From: an uncultured Alphaproteobacteria bacterium
Lineage (GTDB): Bacteria; Pseudomonadota; Alphaproteobacteria; HIMB59; GCA-002718135
NCBI GenBank assembly: GCA_902615625.1
Contig: CACMPM010000006.1
Span: forward strand, 10,173-74,172
Reading direction: 5' to 3'
DNA: 64,000 nucleotides
Every line of letters starts with the position of its first letter. Positions within the stretch are counted from its first letter, which is position 1. The notes beneath the pieces are model-generated. The model had not been told where the DNA came from. It ran no database searches and saw only the letters and a list, made by a program, of their open reading frames with translations. A program made the position numbers and the translations under genes. Below, in pieces: positions 18,941 through 27,748 of this stretch.

Positions 18941-19396
18941 TTATTCTTTTTTAGCTTCTGCTTCTTCTGCTTTTGGTTCTTCAGCAGGTTGTGCATCTTC
19001 AGCTGGCTTAGCTTCTGCTTCTTCTGCTTTTGGTTCTTCTGCTGCAGCTTTCGCAGCTTCTTCTTTTTCTTTAGCAGCAGCTAAACGTTCCTGAGCTTTT
19101 TTCTTAGGTAGATGTTTTTTTGTTTTTTCAGTAATAACTGGTTTTTCCATCACACCAAGATTGCTAAGAAAAATAGAAATTCTATCTGATGGTTTTGCTC
19201 CTTTTGCAATCCATTCCTTAGCTTTATCTAAATCCATTTTAACTCTATCAGCGCTATCCTTTGGAAGCATTGGGTTATAAGTTCCAATTTGATCTATAAA
19301 TTTTCCATCTCTAGCTCTTCTAGAATCAGCAACTACTATTCTATAAAATGGTCTTTTCTTTGCACCACCTCTTGATAATCTTATTCTTACTGGCAT
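18941..19396 (-). CDS. rpsP: 30S ribosomal protein S16 with an Ala/Glu/Lys/Pro-rich C-terminal extension
   Basis: The core is [26 protein letters not shown]. The tail contains [11 protein letters not shown] twice. Confidence 0.95.
   Translation of the reverse strand: MPVRIRLSRGGAKKRPFYRIVVADSRRARDGKFIDQIGTYNPMLPKDSADRVKMDLDKAKEWIAKGAKPSDRISIFLSNLGVMEKPVITEKTKKHLPKKKAQERLAAAKEKEEAAKAAAEEPKAEEAEAKPAEDAQPAEEPKAEEAEAKKE
18951..19039. repeat. 32-nt perfect direct repeat (period 57 nt) inside the rpsP tail; 22 nt of it recur in the rplS tail at 17207-17228
   Basis: TTAGCTTCTGCTTCTTCTGCTTTTGGTTCTTC occurs at about 18951-18982 and 19008-19039. GCTTCTGCTTCTTCTGCTTTTG also occurs at 17207-17228. Confidence 0.85.
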
Positions 19397-19408
19397 TTTA
19401 TTTCCTTT

Positions 19409-20773
19409 CTAATTTATGTTTGGAGGAAAATTTCCTTGTAATTTTTGCATTAAATCACTGGGAATTCCTCCTTTGCCCATTGATTTCATTCTCTTCATCA
19501 TTTTTTGTGATTGGAGAAACTGTTTTAATAACCTGTTAACGTCTTGAACTTTTGTTCCAGATCCTTTTGAAATTCTAATTTTACGTGAAGCCTTTATAAT
19601 ATCTGGATCAGCCCTTTCTTTTTTTGTCATTGAACTGATTATAGCTATTTGTTTATCAATCATTGAATTAGAAATTTTATTTTCTGCCATTAACTTCTGT
19701 GCCTTTGAAACACCTGGCATCATAGAAAGTAAACCGGAGACTCCACCCATTTTACCCATTTGCTTTAATTGATTGGCAAAATCTTCAAGGTCAAATTTTC
19801 CTTTAGCGATCTTTTTTGCCATATCTTCCATTTCTTCTTTATCAATATTTTCAGCAGCTTTTTCGACAAGAGATACAATATCTCCCATACCTAAAATTCT
19901 TTGTGCAATTCTTTCAGGATGGAAAGGTTCAAAATTTTCTACTTTTTCACCTAGTCCTATAAATTTTATAGGAGAGTTTGTTATCGATTTAATTGATAGT
20001 GCTGCACCACCTCTGCTATCACCATCTATTCGAGTTAAAATTGATCCAGTGATATTTATTGCATCACTAAAACTTTTAGCTACATTTGCTGCGTCTTGTC
20101 CTGTTAGAGCATCTGCTACTAATAATGTTTCGTCAGGTTTAAACTTATTTTCAATTTCAATTAATTCACTCATTAACTTTTTATCTACAACTTGTCGTCC
20201 AGCAGTATCTAAAATAAGAATATCAAATAAATTTTTTTGAGCATAGTCTATAGAATCATCAACAATCTTACTGGCTGATGATAGATTATGACTAAAGAAA
20301 TCTGAGCCGGTTTCTTCAGCTAATACTTTTAATTGTTCTTGTGCTGCTGGTCGATAAATGTCTGCTGATGCTAATAAAATTTTTTTCTTTGAAGACTTCT
20401 TTAACAAATAGGAAAGTTTGGCAATTGATGTTGTTTTCCCAGATCCTTGTAATCCACAAAATAATATTTTAGTTAATTGAGAAGAAGATAAATTTAGAGA
20501 TTTATTTTCTGATCCAAGAATTTTTACAAGCTCATCTTGCACAAGCTTTATGATCATTTGATCTGGCTTGACAGATTTGAGAATTTCTTTTCCCAAAATG
20601 TTTGACTTGATGGAATTTATAAATTCTTTTACTACAACTAAGGAAACATCTGCCTCTAAGAGAGCAATTCTAATTTCACGTAATGTAACTTCAAGATCTG
20701 TTTCTGATATAACAGCCTTACCCCGAATACTTTGAACAATTTTTTCAAATTTTGTGTTCAGTGTATCAAACAT
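19409..20773 (-). CDS. ffh: Signal recognition particle protein Ffh
   Basis: GLQGSGKTTS P-loop, DTAGR, the SRP54 G domain and a Met-rich M domain (MGKMGG...MMPG). I place the start at ATG 20773 (MFDTLNTKFEKI), preceded by GGAG. The track's upstream extension covers a leader hairpin. Confidence 0.95.
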   Translation of the reverse strand: MFDTLNTKFEKIVQSIRGKAVISETDLEVTLREIRIALLEADVSLVVVKEFINSIKSNILGKEILKSVKPDQMIIKLVQDELVKILGSENKSLNLSSSQLTKILFCGLQGSGKTTSIAKLSYLLKKSSKKKILLASADIYRPAAQEQLKVLAEETGSDFFSHNLSSASKIVDDSIDYAQKNLFDILILDTAGRQVVDKKLMSELIEIENKFKPDETLLVADALTGQDAANVAKSFSDAINITGSILTRIDGDSRGGAALSIKSITNSPIKFIGLGEKVENFEPFHPERIAQRILGMGDIVSLVEKAAENIDKEEMEDMAKKIAKGKFDLEDFANQLKQMGKMGGVSGLLSMMPGVSKAQKLMAENKISNSMIDKQIAIISSMTKKERADPDIIKASRKIRISKGSGTKVQDVNRLLKQFLQSQKMMKRMKSMGKGGIPSDLMQKLQGNFPPNIN

Positions 20774-20794
20774 AAATCTCCAATAGCCTTTTAA

Positions 20795-20823
20795 CTCCAG
20801 GGCACGAAACTCGTGGGCTAGAG
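20795..20823 (-). promoter_or_regulatory. 5'-leader stem-loop of ffh
   Basis: The minus-strand RNA reads CUCUAG-CC-CACGA-GUU-UCGUG-CC-CUGGAG. That is 6+5 bp with a symmetric CC/CC internal loop, ending about 22 nt upstream of the ffh ATG. Confidence 0.3.
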
Positions 20824-20970
20824 TACCTATCACAATTGTAACAAGCTCAATTCATTTACAAATATAGGATTTCTTCTTGACCCTCTATTAGCTGAATAAT
20901 TGAAAGTCAAGTATTCTTAAATTTCCTATATTTACTGAGATTTATTGATAAATTAGGTTATAAAACAAAT

Positions 20971-21789
20971 ATGCAAAAAGTAGACTTTATAAAGATGCAT
21001 GGGCTTGGGAACGATTTTGTTATCATAGATAAAAGGTCTAACAATATAGTAATTACTGAAGATATTATTAAAAGACTTAGTGACAGAAGAACTGGAGCAG
21101 GATGTGATCAATTAATCACAATTAATAATACAAGTAATCAAAGTGCTGATGCTGAAATTGAAATTTTTAATCCTGGTGGTGATAGAGCCGAAGCTTGTGG
21201 TAATGGAACACGCTGTGTGGCAAAAATACTATTTGATGAAGATTCAAATAAAGAGATTTTAAAAATTCAATCTGATGCAGGTATATTAGAATCAAAAAAA
21301 ATAGATAACAATATAAGTGTCAACATGGGTTCAATAAAAAATACTTGGGATAAAATTCCTTTAAGTAAAGAAGTCGATACAATGAATATACCAATTTCAA
21401 TTGATGGATATAGTAATGGGGTTGCTGTTAATGTAGGTAATCCACATGTAGTTTTTTTTGGGAAATCGATCAAAGATACAGATCTTGAAAGTATAGGTCC
21501 TAAAATAGAAACTCATGAGCTCTTTCCAAAAAAAACTAATGTTGAAATAGTTGAAGTTATTAATTCAAATTTAATTGAAATGAGAGTTTGGGAACGTGGA
21601 GTTGGAATCACGTTAGCTTGTGGTAGTGGTGCCTGTGCAGCTGTATATGCGGCGTGGAAAAAAGGATTAATTGAAAATAACGCTGAAGTGAAACTTGAAA
21701 AAGGATCACTGCACATAAATATAGTTAATAATGAATCTATTATGACAGGACCTGCAGAAATAAGTTATCGAGGTAGTTTAGAAATATAA
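20971..21789 (+). CDS. dapF: Diaminopimelate epimerase
   Basis: 272 aa. KMHGLGNDFVIID N-terminus and two catalytic Cys contexts (ACGNGTRC, LACGSGACA). Confidence 0.95.
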   Translation: MQKVDFIKMHGLGNDFVIIDKRSNNIVITEDIIKRLSDRRTGAGCDQLITINNTSNQSADAEIEIFNPGGDRAEACGNGTRCVAKILFDEDSNKEILKIQSDAGILESKKIDNNISVNMGSIKNTWDKIPLSKEVDTMNIPISIDGYSNGVAVNVGNPHVVFFGKSIKDTDLESIGPKIETHELFPKKTNVEIVEVINSNLIEMRVWERGVGITLACGSGACAAVYAAWKKGLIENNAEVKLEKGSLHINIVNNESIMTGPAEISYRGSLEI

Positions 21790-21792
21790 TTT

Positions 21793-23052
21793 ATGAAAAA
21801 TAAAAACTACGTAGTCAATCTAGGTTGTAGATTGAATATTTATGAAGGTGAAATTATTAAAAACCATCTTAAAACAAATAATTTAAATAATGTTACAGTC
21901 ATAAATTCATGTGCAGTAACTGAAGAAGCTGAGAAAAAAGTTTCTTATGAAATTAGAAAGGCAAAAAAAAATTTTCCTAATAATAAAATAGTAGTTACAG
22001 GATGTGCGGCTCAAATCAATCCATTAAAATATAAAGATTTAAAAGAAGTAGACTCAGTAATTGGTAACACAGAAAAATTAGAAACTTTAACATGGAAAAA
22101 TATCGATCAGTCTAAAAATCTTAAAGTAGGAAATATATTAGAAGAAAGTAAAACAGTACCTAATTCAATTGAAAAATTTGAAGGAAAATCGAGAGCTTAT
22201 ATTGAAATACAACAAGGTTGTAACCATCGCTGTACTTTTTGTATTATTCCATTTGGCAGGGGCAATAATAGAAGTGTACCTGCTGGAGAGATAGTAAATA
22301 GAATAAAAAAAATTGTTAGCAATGGATATAATGAAGTAGTCTTAACAGGAGTAGATATAACTGATTATGGAAAAGATCTTCCAGCAAAACCTACTTTTTC
22401 TAATTTAATTAAAAGAATTCTAAAATTAGTACCTGAGTTAAGACAGCTGCGTTTGTCTTCAATTGACTGCGCTGAAATAGACGAAGATTTTTGGAATATT
22501 TTAAAGGACGAAAGATTGATGCCTCATTTTCATATAAGTTTACAAGCTGGAAACAATTTAATTTTGAAAAGAATGAAAAGAAGACATTCAAGGGAAATGG
22601 CAATTAATTTTTGTAAGAAAGTTTTATCTATTAGGAAAGATGCAACATTTGGTGCTGATATAATTGCCGGTTTTCCAACAGAAACAGAAGCGATGTTTCA
22701 AGATTCAATTAAACTAGTTGATGAGTGTAATTTAACTCATCTTCATATTTTTCCTTATTCACCAAGAGAAAACACTCCTGCATCTAGAATGCCTCAAGTT
22801 CAAAAAAATATTATCAAAGATAGAGCAAGAAGACTTAGAGAAAGAGGTATGGAAAAATTAAAACAACATTTAAAAAAAAATATTGGAAACAAGGAACAAA
22901 TTTTAATTGAAAGTAGAAAAGAAAATTTTTCACTTGGAAAAGATCAGCATTTTTTAAAAGTAAAACTTGAAGAAGAGTTTAAAGAGGGAAATATAATTTC
23001 CTGTATATACACAGGCGTAGAAAATGATACGTTATTAGCAAGAATAGCATGA
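21793..23052 (+). CDS. mtaB: Radical-SAM methylthiotransferase, MtaB-like (MiaB/RimO family)
   Basis: 419 aa. N-terminal Cys triad region (NLGCRLN...SCAVT...TGCAAQ) and radical SAM CNHRCTFCIIP. dapF-mtaB-ftsY synteny. Confidence 0.8.
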   Translation: MKNKNYVVNLGCRLNIYEGEIIKNHLKTNNLNNVTVINSCAVTEEAEKKVSYEIRKAKKNFPNNKIVVTGCAAQINPLKYKDLKEVDSVIGNTEKLETLTWKNIDQSKNLKVGNILEESKTVPNSIEKFEGKSRAYIEIQQGCNHRCTFCIIPFGRGNNRSVPAGEIVNRIKKIVSNGYNEVVLTGVDITDYGKDLPAKPTFSNLIKRILKLVPELRQLRLSSIDCAEIDEDFWNILKDERLMPHFHISLQAGNNLILKRMKRRHSREMAINFCKKVLSIRKDATFGADIIAGFPTETEAMFQDSIKLVDECNLTHLHIFPYSPRENTPASRMPQVQKNIIKDRARRLRERGMEKLKQHLKKNIGNKEQILIESRKENFSLGKDQHFLKVKLEEEFKEGNIISCIYTGVENDTLLARIA

Positions 23053-23969
23053 GTTTGTTCTCAATTTTTAAAGATAAGTTAAGTAAAACTTCAAATATAC
23101 TTTCTTTTAATATTTTAGAGATTTTAAAAAACAAAAAAATAGACGATTTAACTTTAGAAGAATTAGAAAATGTTCTTATTTCATCTGATATTAGCTTGGA
23201 TGTTGTAAATCAGCTAATAGATTCTATAAAAAAAATAAAAATTTCAAATGATGATGGAATAAAAAATGTATTGGAAATCTTAGCTCAAAATATAGAAAAT
23301 ATATTACTTCCAAGAGAACATGTTCTGATAAATGAAAAAAATGATGAAAAAAAAATATTAATATTTGTTGGAGTAAACGGAAGTGGAAAGACAACCACTA
23401 TTGGTAAAATTGCAAATAAAATTTTATCAAATAAAAAAATTCTGATTGCGGCCTGTGATACATTTAGGGCAGCAGCTGTTGAGCAGTTGGAAAATTGGGC
23501 AAAAAAAAACAATAATGGTTTTATCGCTGGAAAAAGTAATCAAGATCCAGCAAGCGTAGCGTATCAGGCAACTGAAGAATTTGGAAAAGAAAATTATGAT
23601 TTTTTACTTATAGATACTGCTGGAAGATTATCAAATAATACCAACCTCATTAATCAGCTAATTAAATTGAAGAATGTTATCTCAAAAGTTAATTCCTCTT
23701 TTAATATTGAAACTGTGTTAGTTTTAGATGGAACAAATGGTTCGAACATGATTAAGCAAGTGGAAATCTTTGGAAATGAACTCAATGTATCAAGTCTTAT
23801 AATAACTAAATTGGATGGAACAGCAAAAGGCGGAGCATTAATTTCAATTGCAAATAAATTTGAAATCCCTATAAGTTATGTTGGTCTTGGAGAAAGTATT
23901 GAGGACCTTATAACCTTTAATTCTCAAAACTTTGCTAGGTCTATTTTAAATCTAGAAGAACAAAAATGA
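23049..23969 (+). CDS. ftsY: Signal recognition particle receptor FtsY
   Basis: 306 aa with GVNGSGKTTT, DTAGR and TKLDGTAKGG motifs. Confidence 0.95.
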   Translation: MSLFSIFKDKLSKTSNILSFNILEILKNKKIDDLTLEELENVLISSDISLDVVNQLIDSIKKIKISNDDGIKNVLEILAQNIENILLPREHVLINEKNDEKKILIFVGVNGSGKTTTIGKIANKILSNKKILIAACDTFRAAAVEQLENWAKKNNNGFIAGKSNQDPASVAYQATEEFGKENYDFLLIDTAGRLSNNTNLINQLIKLKNVISKVNSSFNIETVLVLDGTNGSNMIKQVEIFGNELNVSSLIITKLDGTAKGGALISIANKFEIPISYVGLGESIEDLITFNSQNFARSILNLEEQK

Positions 23970-24505
23970 AGTCAGTTTATAAATTATTAATTGATATAGG
24001 ACCGCTTGCAGTATTCTTTATTTTTTATACAAGAAGTGGTCTTCAAGAAGCAATACTTCCTCTTATGATTGCAACTGTAATTTCAGTAATCATTTCATAT
24101 ATACTTGAGAAAAAAATACCAATTATGCCAACTCTTGGGGCTGCGATTGTATTAATATTTGGAGGTCTAACAATTTATTTTGACAATGAAATTTTTATTA
24201 AAATGAAACCAACAATAATAAATATGGTCTTTGCATTAATTTTATATGGAGGAGTGATTGTTAAAAAACCTCTTTTAAAGTATCTTTTAGGTGCTGCACT
24301 TAAACTAGAAGAAGATGGATGGAAAATATTAACTCAAAGGTGGATTGCTTTTTTTGTTGCACTTGCTGTTTTAAATGAAATTGTTTGGAGAACACAAAGT
24401 ACTGATGTTTGGGTAAATTTTAAAGTTTTTGGTATCTTGCCAATTACGTTTATTTTTACGATGACACAATTCCCTTTAATAAAAAAATATCAAATTGAAG
24501 ATTAA
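23966..24505 (+). CDS. yciB: Intracellular septation protein A family membrane protein
   Basis: 179 aa, 5 TM helices, GPLAVFFIFY N-terminus. Its position after ftsY is as in other alphaproteobacteria. Confidence 0.8.
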   Translation: MKSVYKLLIDIGPLAVFFIFYTRSGLQEAILPLMIATVISVIISYILEKKIPIMPTLGAAIVLIFGGLTIYFDNEIFIKMKPTIINMVFALILYGGVIVKKPLLKYLLGAALKLEEDGWKILTQRWIAFFVALAVLNEIVWRTQSTDVWVNFKVFGILPITFIFTMTQFPLIKKYQIED

Positions 24506-24506
24506 G

Positions 24507-25703
24507 TTAAAAATTGTTTTCTCTTAATGCTATAAATCCTGGTGATTTATTTCCCTCAAGCCATTCTAAAAATGCGCCCCCAGCTGTAGATAAATATTTA
24601 AATGCGTCATTTGCTTTAGCTTTTTTTATTGCTGCGAGTGTATCTCCTCCTCCTGCTAGAGCATCTAATTGAGATTTACTTGAATAATTTTGTATAATAT
24701 TTGCAACTGAAATTGTACTTTTATCAAATGGACTATACTCAAATGCGCCTAAAGGTCCATTCCATAAAATTGATTTAGATTTTAATATTTTATCTGAAAT
24801 TAGTTTTGTTGTTTGCTCACCAACATCTAATATCATTTGGTCATTTGGAATATTATTAATTGAATAAGTCTTAACATTTACTCTATCTTTTATTGTTTTT
24901 GAGCAAACACCATCAATTGGTAAAAGTATTTTGCAATTTTTTGACTCTGCTTTTTTTTGTATTTTTTTTGACAGTTCAATAAAATCATTTTCTACTAAAG
25001 AAGAACCAACGTTATAATTATTTGATAGCAAAAAGGTATTAGCCATTGCACCACCAATCACTAAAGAGTCAAAAATTTCAACTATATTTTCTAAAACTTT
25101 TATTTTTGTTGAAACCTTTGAGCCGCCTATAATTGCTAAATTTGGTTTATTTGAATTTTCTAAAAATTTATCTAAATTTTCAATTTCTTTTGAGAAACTT
25201 AATCCAGCGTATGAAGGTAAGTATTTAGTAATACCTACTATAGATGCATGATTGCGATGAGATGCAGAAAACGCGTCATTAATATATATGTCAAAACTAG
25301 AAGCTAATACTTTTGAAAAATTAAGATCATTTTTTTCTTCTTCAGCATTAAAACGAATATTTTCTAATAGACAAATTTCCCCCATGTTCATTTCATCAAT
25401 TTTTGTCTCAACTATTTTTTTTTCACAGTTAGCTACAAAATGAATTGTGTTTAAATTTAAAAATTTTTTTAATTCTGAACATAAAAACTCAATGGAATAT
25501 GTTTTATTAACTTGACCTTTAGGTCGGCCAAAATGAGCAATTAAGAATATCTTATTTTTATTATTAATTAGTTTTTCTAGTGTTGGTAAAATAGCATGAA
25601 TTCTTGAATGATCTGTAATTTTCCCTTCCAAAACTGGTACGTTTAAATCTACTCGAACAATAATTTTTTTATTTTTACAGTCTAGATCTCTTAATTCTTT
25701 CAT
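24507..25703 (-). CDS. pgk: Phosphoglycerate kinase
   Basis: 398 aa with RVDLNVP, AHFGRPKG and GGGDT motifs. Confidence 0.95.
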   Translation of the reverse strand: MKELRDLDCKNKKIIVRVDLNVPVLEGKITDHSRIHAILPTLEKLINNKNKIFLIAHFGRPKGQVNKTYSIEFLCSELKKFLNLNTIHFVANCEKKIVETKIDEMNMGEICLLENIRFNAEEEKNDLNFSKVLASSFDIYINDAFSASHRNHASIVGITKYLPSYAGLSFSKEIENLDKFLENSNKPNLAIIGGSKVSTKIKVLENIVEIFDSLVIGGAMANTFLLSNNYNVGSSLVENDFIELSKKIQKKAESKNCKILLPIDGVCSKTIKDRVNVKTYSINNIPNDQMILDVGEQTTKLISDKILKSKSILWNGPLGAFEYSPFDKSTISVANIIQNYSSKSQLDALAGGGDTLAAIKKAKANDAFKYLSTAGGAFLEWLEGNKSPGFIALRENNF

Positions 25704-25841
25704 TTCTATTCACATGTATATAAAAAAAATGCTGGAAATCATTGATTTTTTTTAAAAATTTGCAGTTTTATCTTTTTTAATACATATATTTAGTATATTA
25801 AACCTTTTTTAAGCTACTAAATGTAGTAATGGAGTTTGATT

Positions 25842-26312
25842 ATGCCTTGGGATGATAATAATGTAGCAAAACTTAGAGATTTATGGGACCAAGGTCTACC
25901 AACAGCTCAAATTGGAAAATTATTAGGCTTCACCAAAAACGCAGTGGTTGGAAAAGCTCATAGAATTGGACTTGAAAGAAGACCATCACCTATAAGAAGA
26001 ACAGCTGTTAAGCCAGATCGAAAAAAAGCTAGATCTCCAGTGATGCCAAAATTAAATTTTGAAAGCACTAAAGAACCAGAGATTATCTCTACAGAGCCTG
26101 TTGTTTTCCAACCGGTTGTTAAAAATATATTCACTGCAGCTCAAAAGAGAGGTTGTGAATGGCCTGAAGGTCATCCTGATGAAGCTGACTTTCGTTTTTG
26201 TGGTAAAGATAGATTTGAAGATAAGCCTTATTGTTTAGATCATTGTGCTGTTGCATATGTTGTTCCTGAAAAAGAAGAAAACGAAAAGACAGAATTAAAT
26301 AACACGATTTAA
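25842..26312 (+). CDS. gcrA: GcrA-family cell-cycle regulator
   Basis: MPWDDNNVAKLRDLWDQGLPTAQIGKLLGFTKNAVVGKAHRIGL and the C-terminal YCLDHCAVAY are typical of GcrA. GGAG lies 8 nt upstream of ATG 25842. Confidence 0.85.
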   Translation: MPWDDNNVAKLRDLWDQGLPTAQIGKLLGFTKNAVVGKAHRIGLERRPSPIRRTAVKPDRKKARSPVMPKLNFESTKEPEIISTEPVVFQPVVKNIFTAAQKRGCEWPEGHPDEADFRFCGKDRFEDKPYCLDHCAVAYVVPEKEENEKTELNNTI

Positions 26313-26362
26313 TAATAATAAAAATTCTAGAAATAAAAATTCTTCCTGTTATCTAATAAAAT

Positions 26363-27616
26363 ATGAAAGATGAGAGAATTAATTCTGTATTTACTCCTAT
26401 TCTAATTGGTGGAAGCTTAATTCTTCTAATAAGTTTTGCAATTCGTTCTACATTTGGTCTATTTCAAATTCCTATTGCGTCTGATTTTTTATGGAACCGT
26501 TCAGAATTTTCTCTTGCCATTGCTATTCAAAATTTAGCTTGGGGTGTAGGCACTCCACTATTTAGTGCTTTTGCCGAAAAATATGGTGATAGAAAAGCAA
26601 TAGCGCTAGGCTTAATTCTTTATGCAATTGGAATTTTTATAAGTAGTACTGCTACAACTCCAGAGGCGCATCAAACTTTAAACCTATTAATTGGTTTTGG
26701 TATAGCTGGTAGTGGTTTTGGTCCAATTTTAGCAGTAGTTGGAAGAGCCACATCTCCAGAAAAAAGATCTTTAGCACTAGGTATTACAACTGCTGCAGGA
26801 TCGGCTGGACAAGTAGTTGGCCCGCCACTTGCTTCAATTTTATTATCTTTTTTGCCTTGGTCTTCAGTGTTTGAAATCTTTTCAATTATATTATTAATAA
26901 CACTGGTTCTTGTTCCAATTTTAAAAACAGAATTATCAAATACAAATTTTAATAATGAAAATGAAAAAATTACTGATGCTGTATTTGTTGCATTAAAAGA
27001 TCCAACATACTTAATGTTGTTTTTTGGTTTTTTTTCTTGCGGCTTTCAATTAGCATTTATTACTGCACATTTTCCAGCATTTATTGTTGAATCTAGTAGT
27101 CCAATTATAGAGGGAAGTTTAATAAGTTTGGTTTGCAGTTCTGTAGAAGGTTTAGGGGCATTATCTATGGCTCTTATAGGTTTGTTTAATATAATTGGTT
27201 GTTTGATTGCTGGAGCCTTAGGAAAGGGACATTATAAGAAATATCTTTTATCTTTAATTTATACTGGAAGAACTGTTGCAGCAATTTTATTTATTTTACT
27301 TCCTATTACACCAACTTCTATTGCTATATTTTCAATAGTTATGGGTGCTTTATGGTTAGCAACTGTTCCCTTAACTTCAGGAATTATAGGCCATATTTAT
27401 GGATTAAAATTTATGGGTACATTATATGGCATTGTATTTTTTTCTCATCAGCTAGGATCTTTTGTAGGTGTTTGGTTAGGTGGTCTATTTTATGATATCT
27501 ATGGAAGTTATGATATTGTATGGTGGGTTGGCATAGGGGTAGGTGCCTTTTCTGCAATAATCCATTTACCAATTAGAGAAAAACCATTATCTAATACAAA
27601 TATACAAACAGCGTAA
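26363..27616 (+). CDS. Major facilitator superfamily transporter
   Basis: 417 aa with about 12 TM helices. Confidence 0.8.
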   Translation: MKDERINSVFTPILIGGSLILLISFAIRSTFGLFQIPIASDFLWNRSEFSLAIAIQNLAWGVGTPLFSAFAEKYGDRKAIALGLILYAIGIFISSTATTPEAHQTLNLLIGFGIAGSGFGPILAVVGRATSPEKRSLALGITTAAGSAGQVVGPPLASILLSFLPWSSVFEIFSIILLITLVLVPILKTELSNTNFNNENEKITDAVFVALKDPTYLMLFFGFFSCGFQLAFITAHFPAFIVESSSPIIEGSLISLVCSSVEGLGALSMALIGLFNIIGCLIAGALGKGHYKKYLLSLIYTGRTVAAILFILLPITPTSIAIFSIVMGALWLATVPLTSGIIGHIYGLKFMGTLYGIVFFSHQLGSFVGVWLGGLFYDIYGSYDIVWWVGIGVGAFSAIIHLPIREKPLSNTNIQTA

Positions 27617-27620
27617 TTTT

Positions 27621-27743
27621 ATGGATGAAAAAAAGATTATACGAAACTTAATTATAGTAATTTTTTTCTTAGTTATTATTTATTCATTAGCTAGAGTTGG
27701 TGTAGGTTTAGATCTTAGCTTTGGACCTTATTTAAAAGAATAG
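27621..27743 (+). CDS. Possible 40-aa single-TM small protein (MDEKKIIRNLIIVIFFLVIIYSLARVGVGLDLSFGPYLKE)
   Basis: Below the track cut-off. It starts 4 nt after the MFS stop, fills the whole gap to the convergent aminopeptidase gene, and has one clear hydrophobic helix. There is no other support. Confidence 0.25.
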   Translation: MDEKKIIRNLIIVIFFLVIIYSLARVGVGLDLSFGPYLKE

Positions 27744-27748
27744 TAGAA

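Noticed and set aside
25777-25801. TTAATA-N13-TATTAA inverted repeat in the pgk/gcrA divergent promoter region, considered as a CtrA box
   Set aside because: The CtrA consensus is TTAA-N7-TTAA, whereas the half-sites here are 17 nt apart. I saw no GANTC methylation site nearby. Such A/T palindromes are frequent in this composition.
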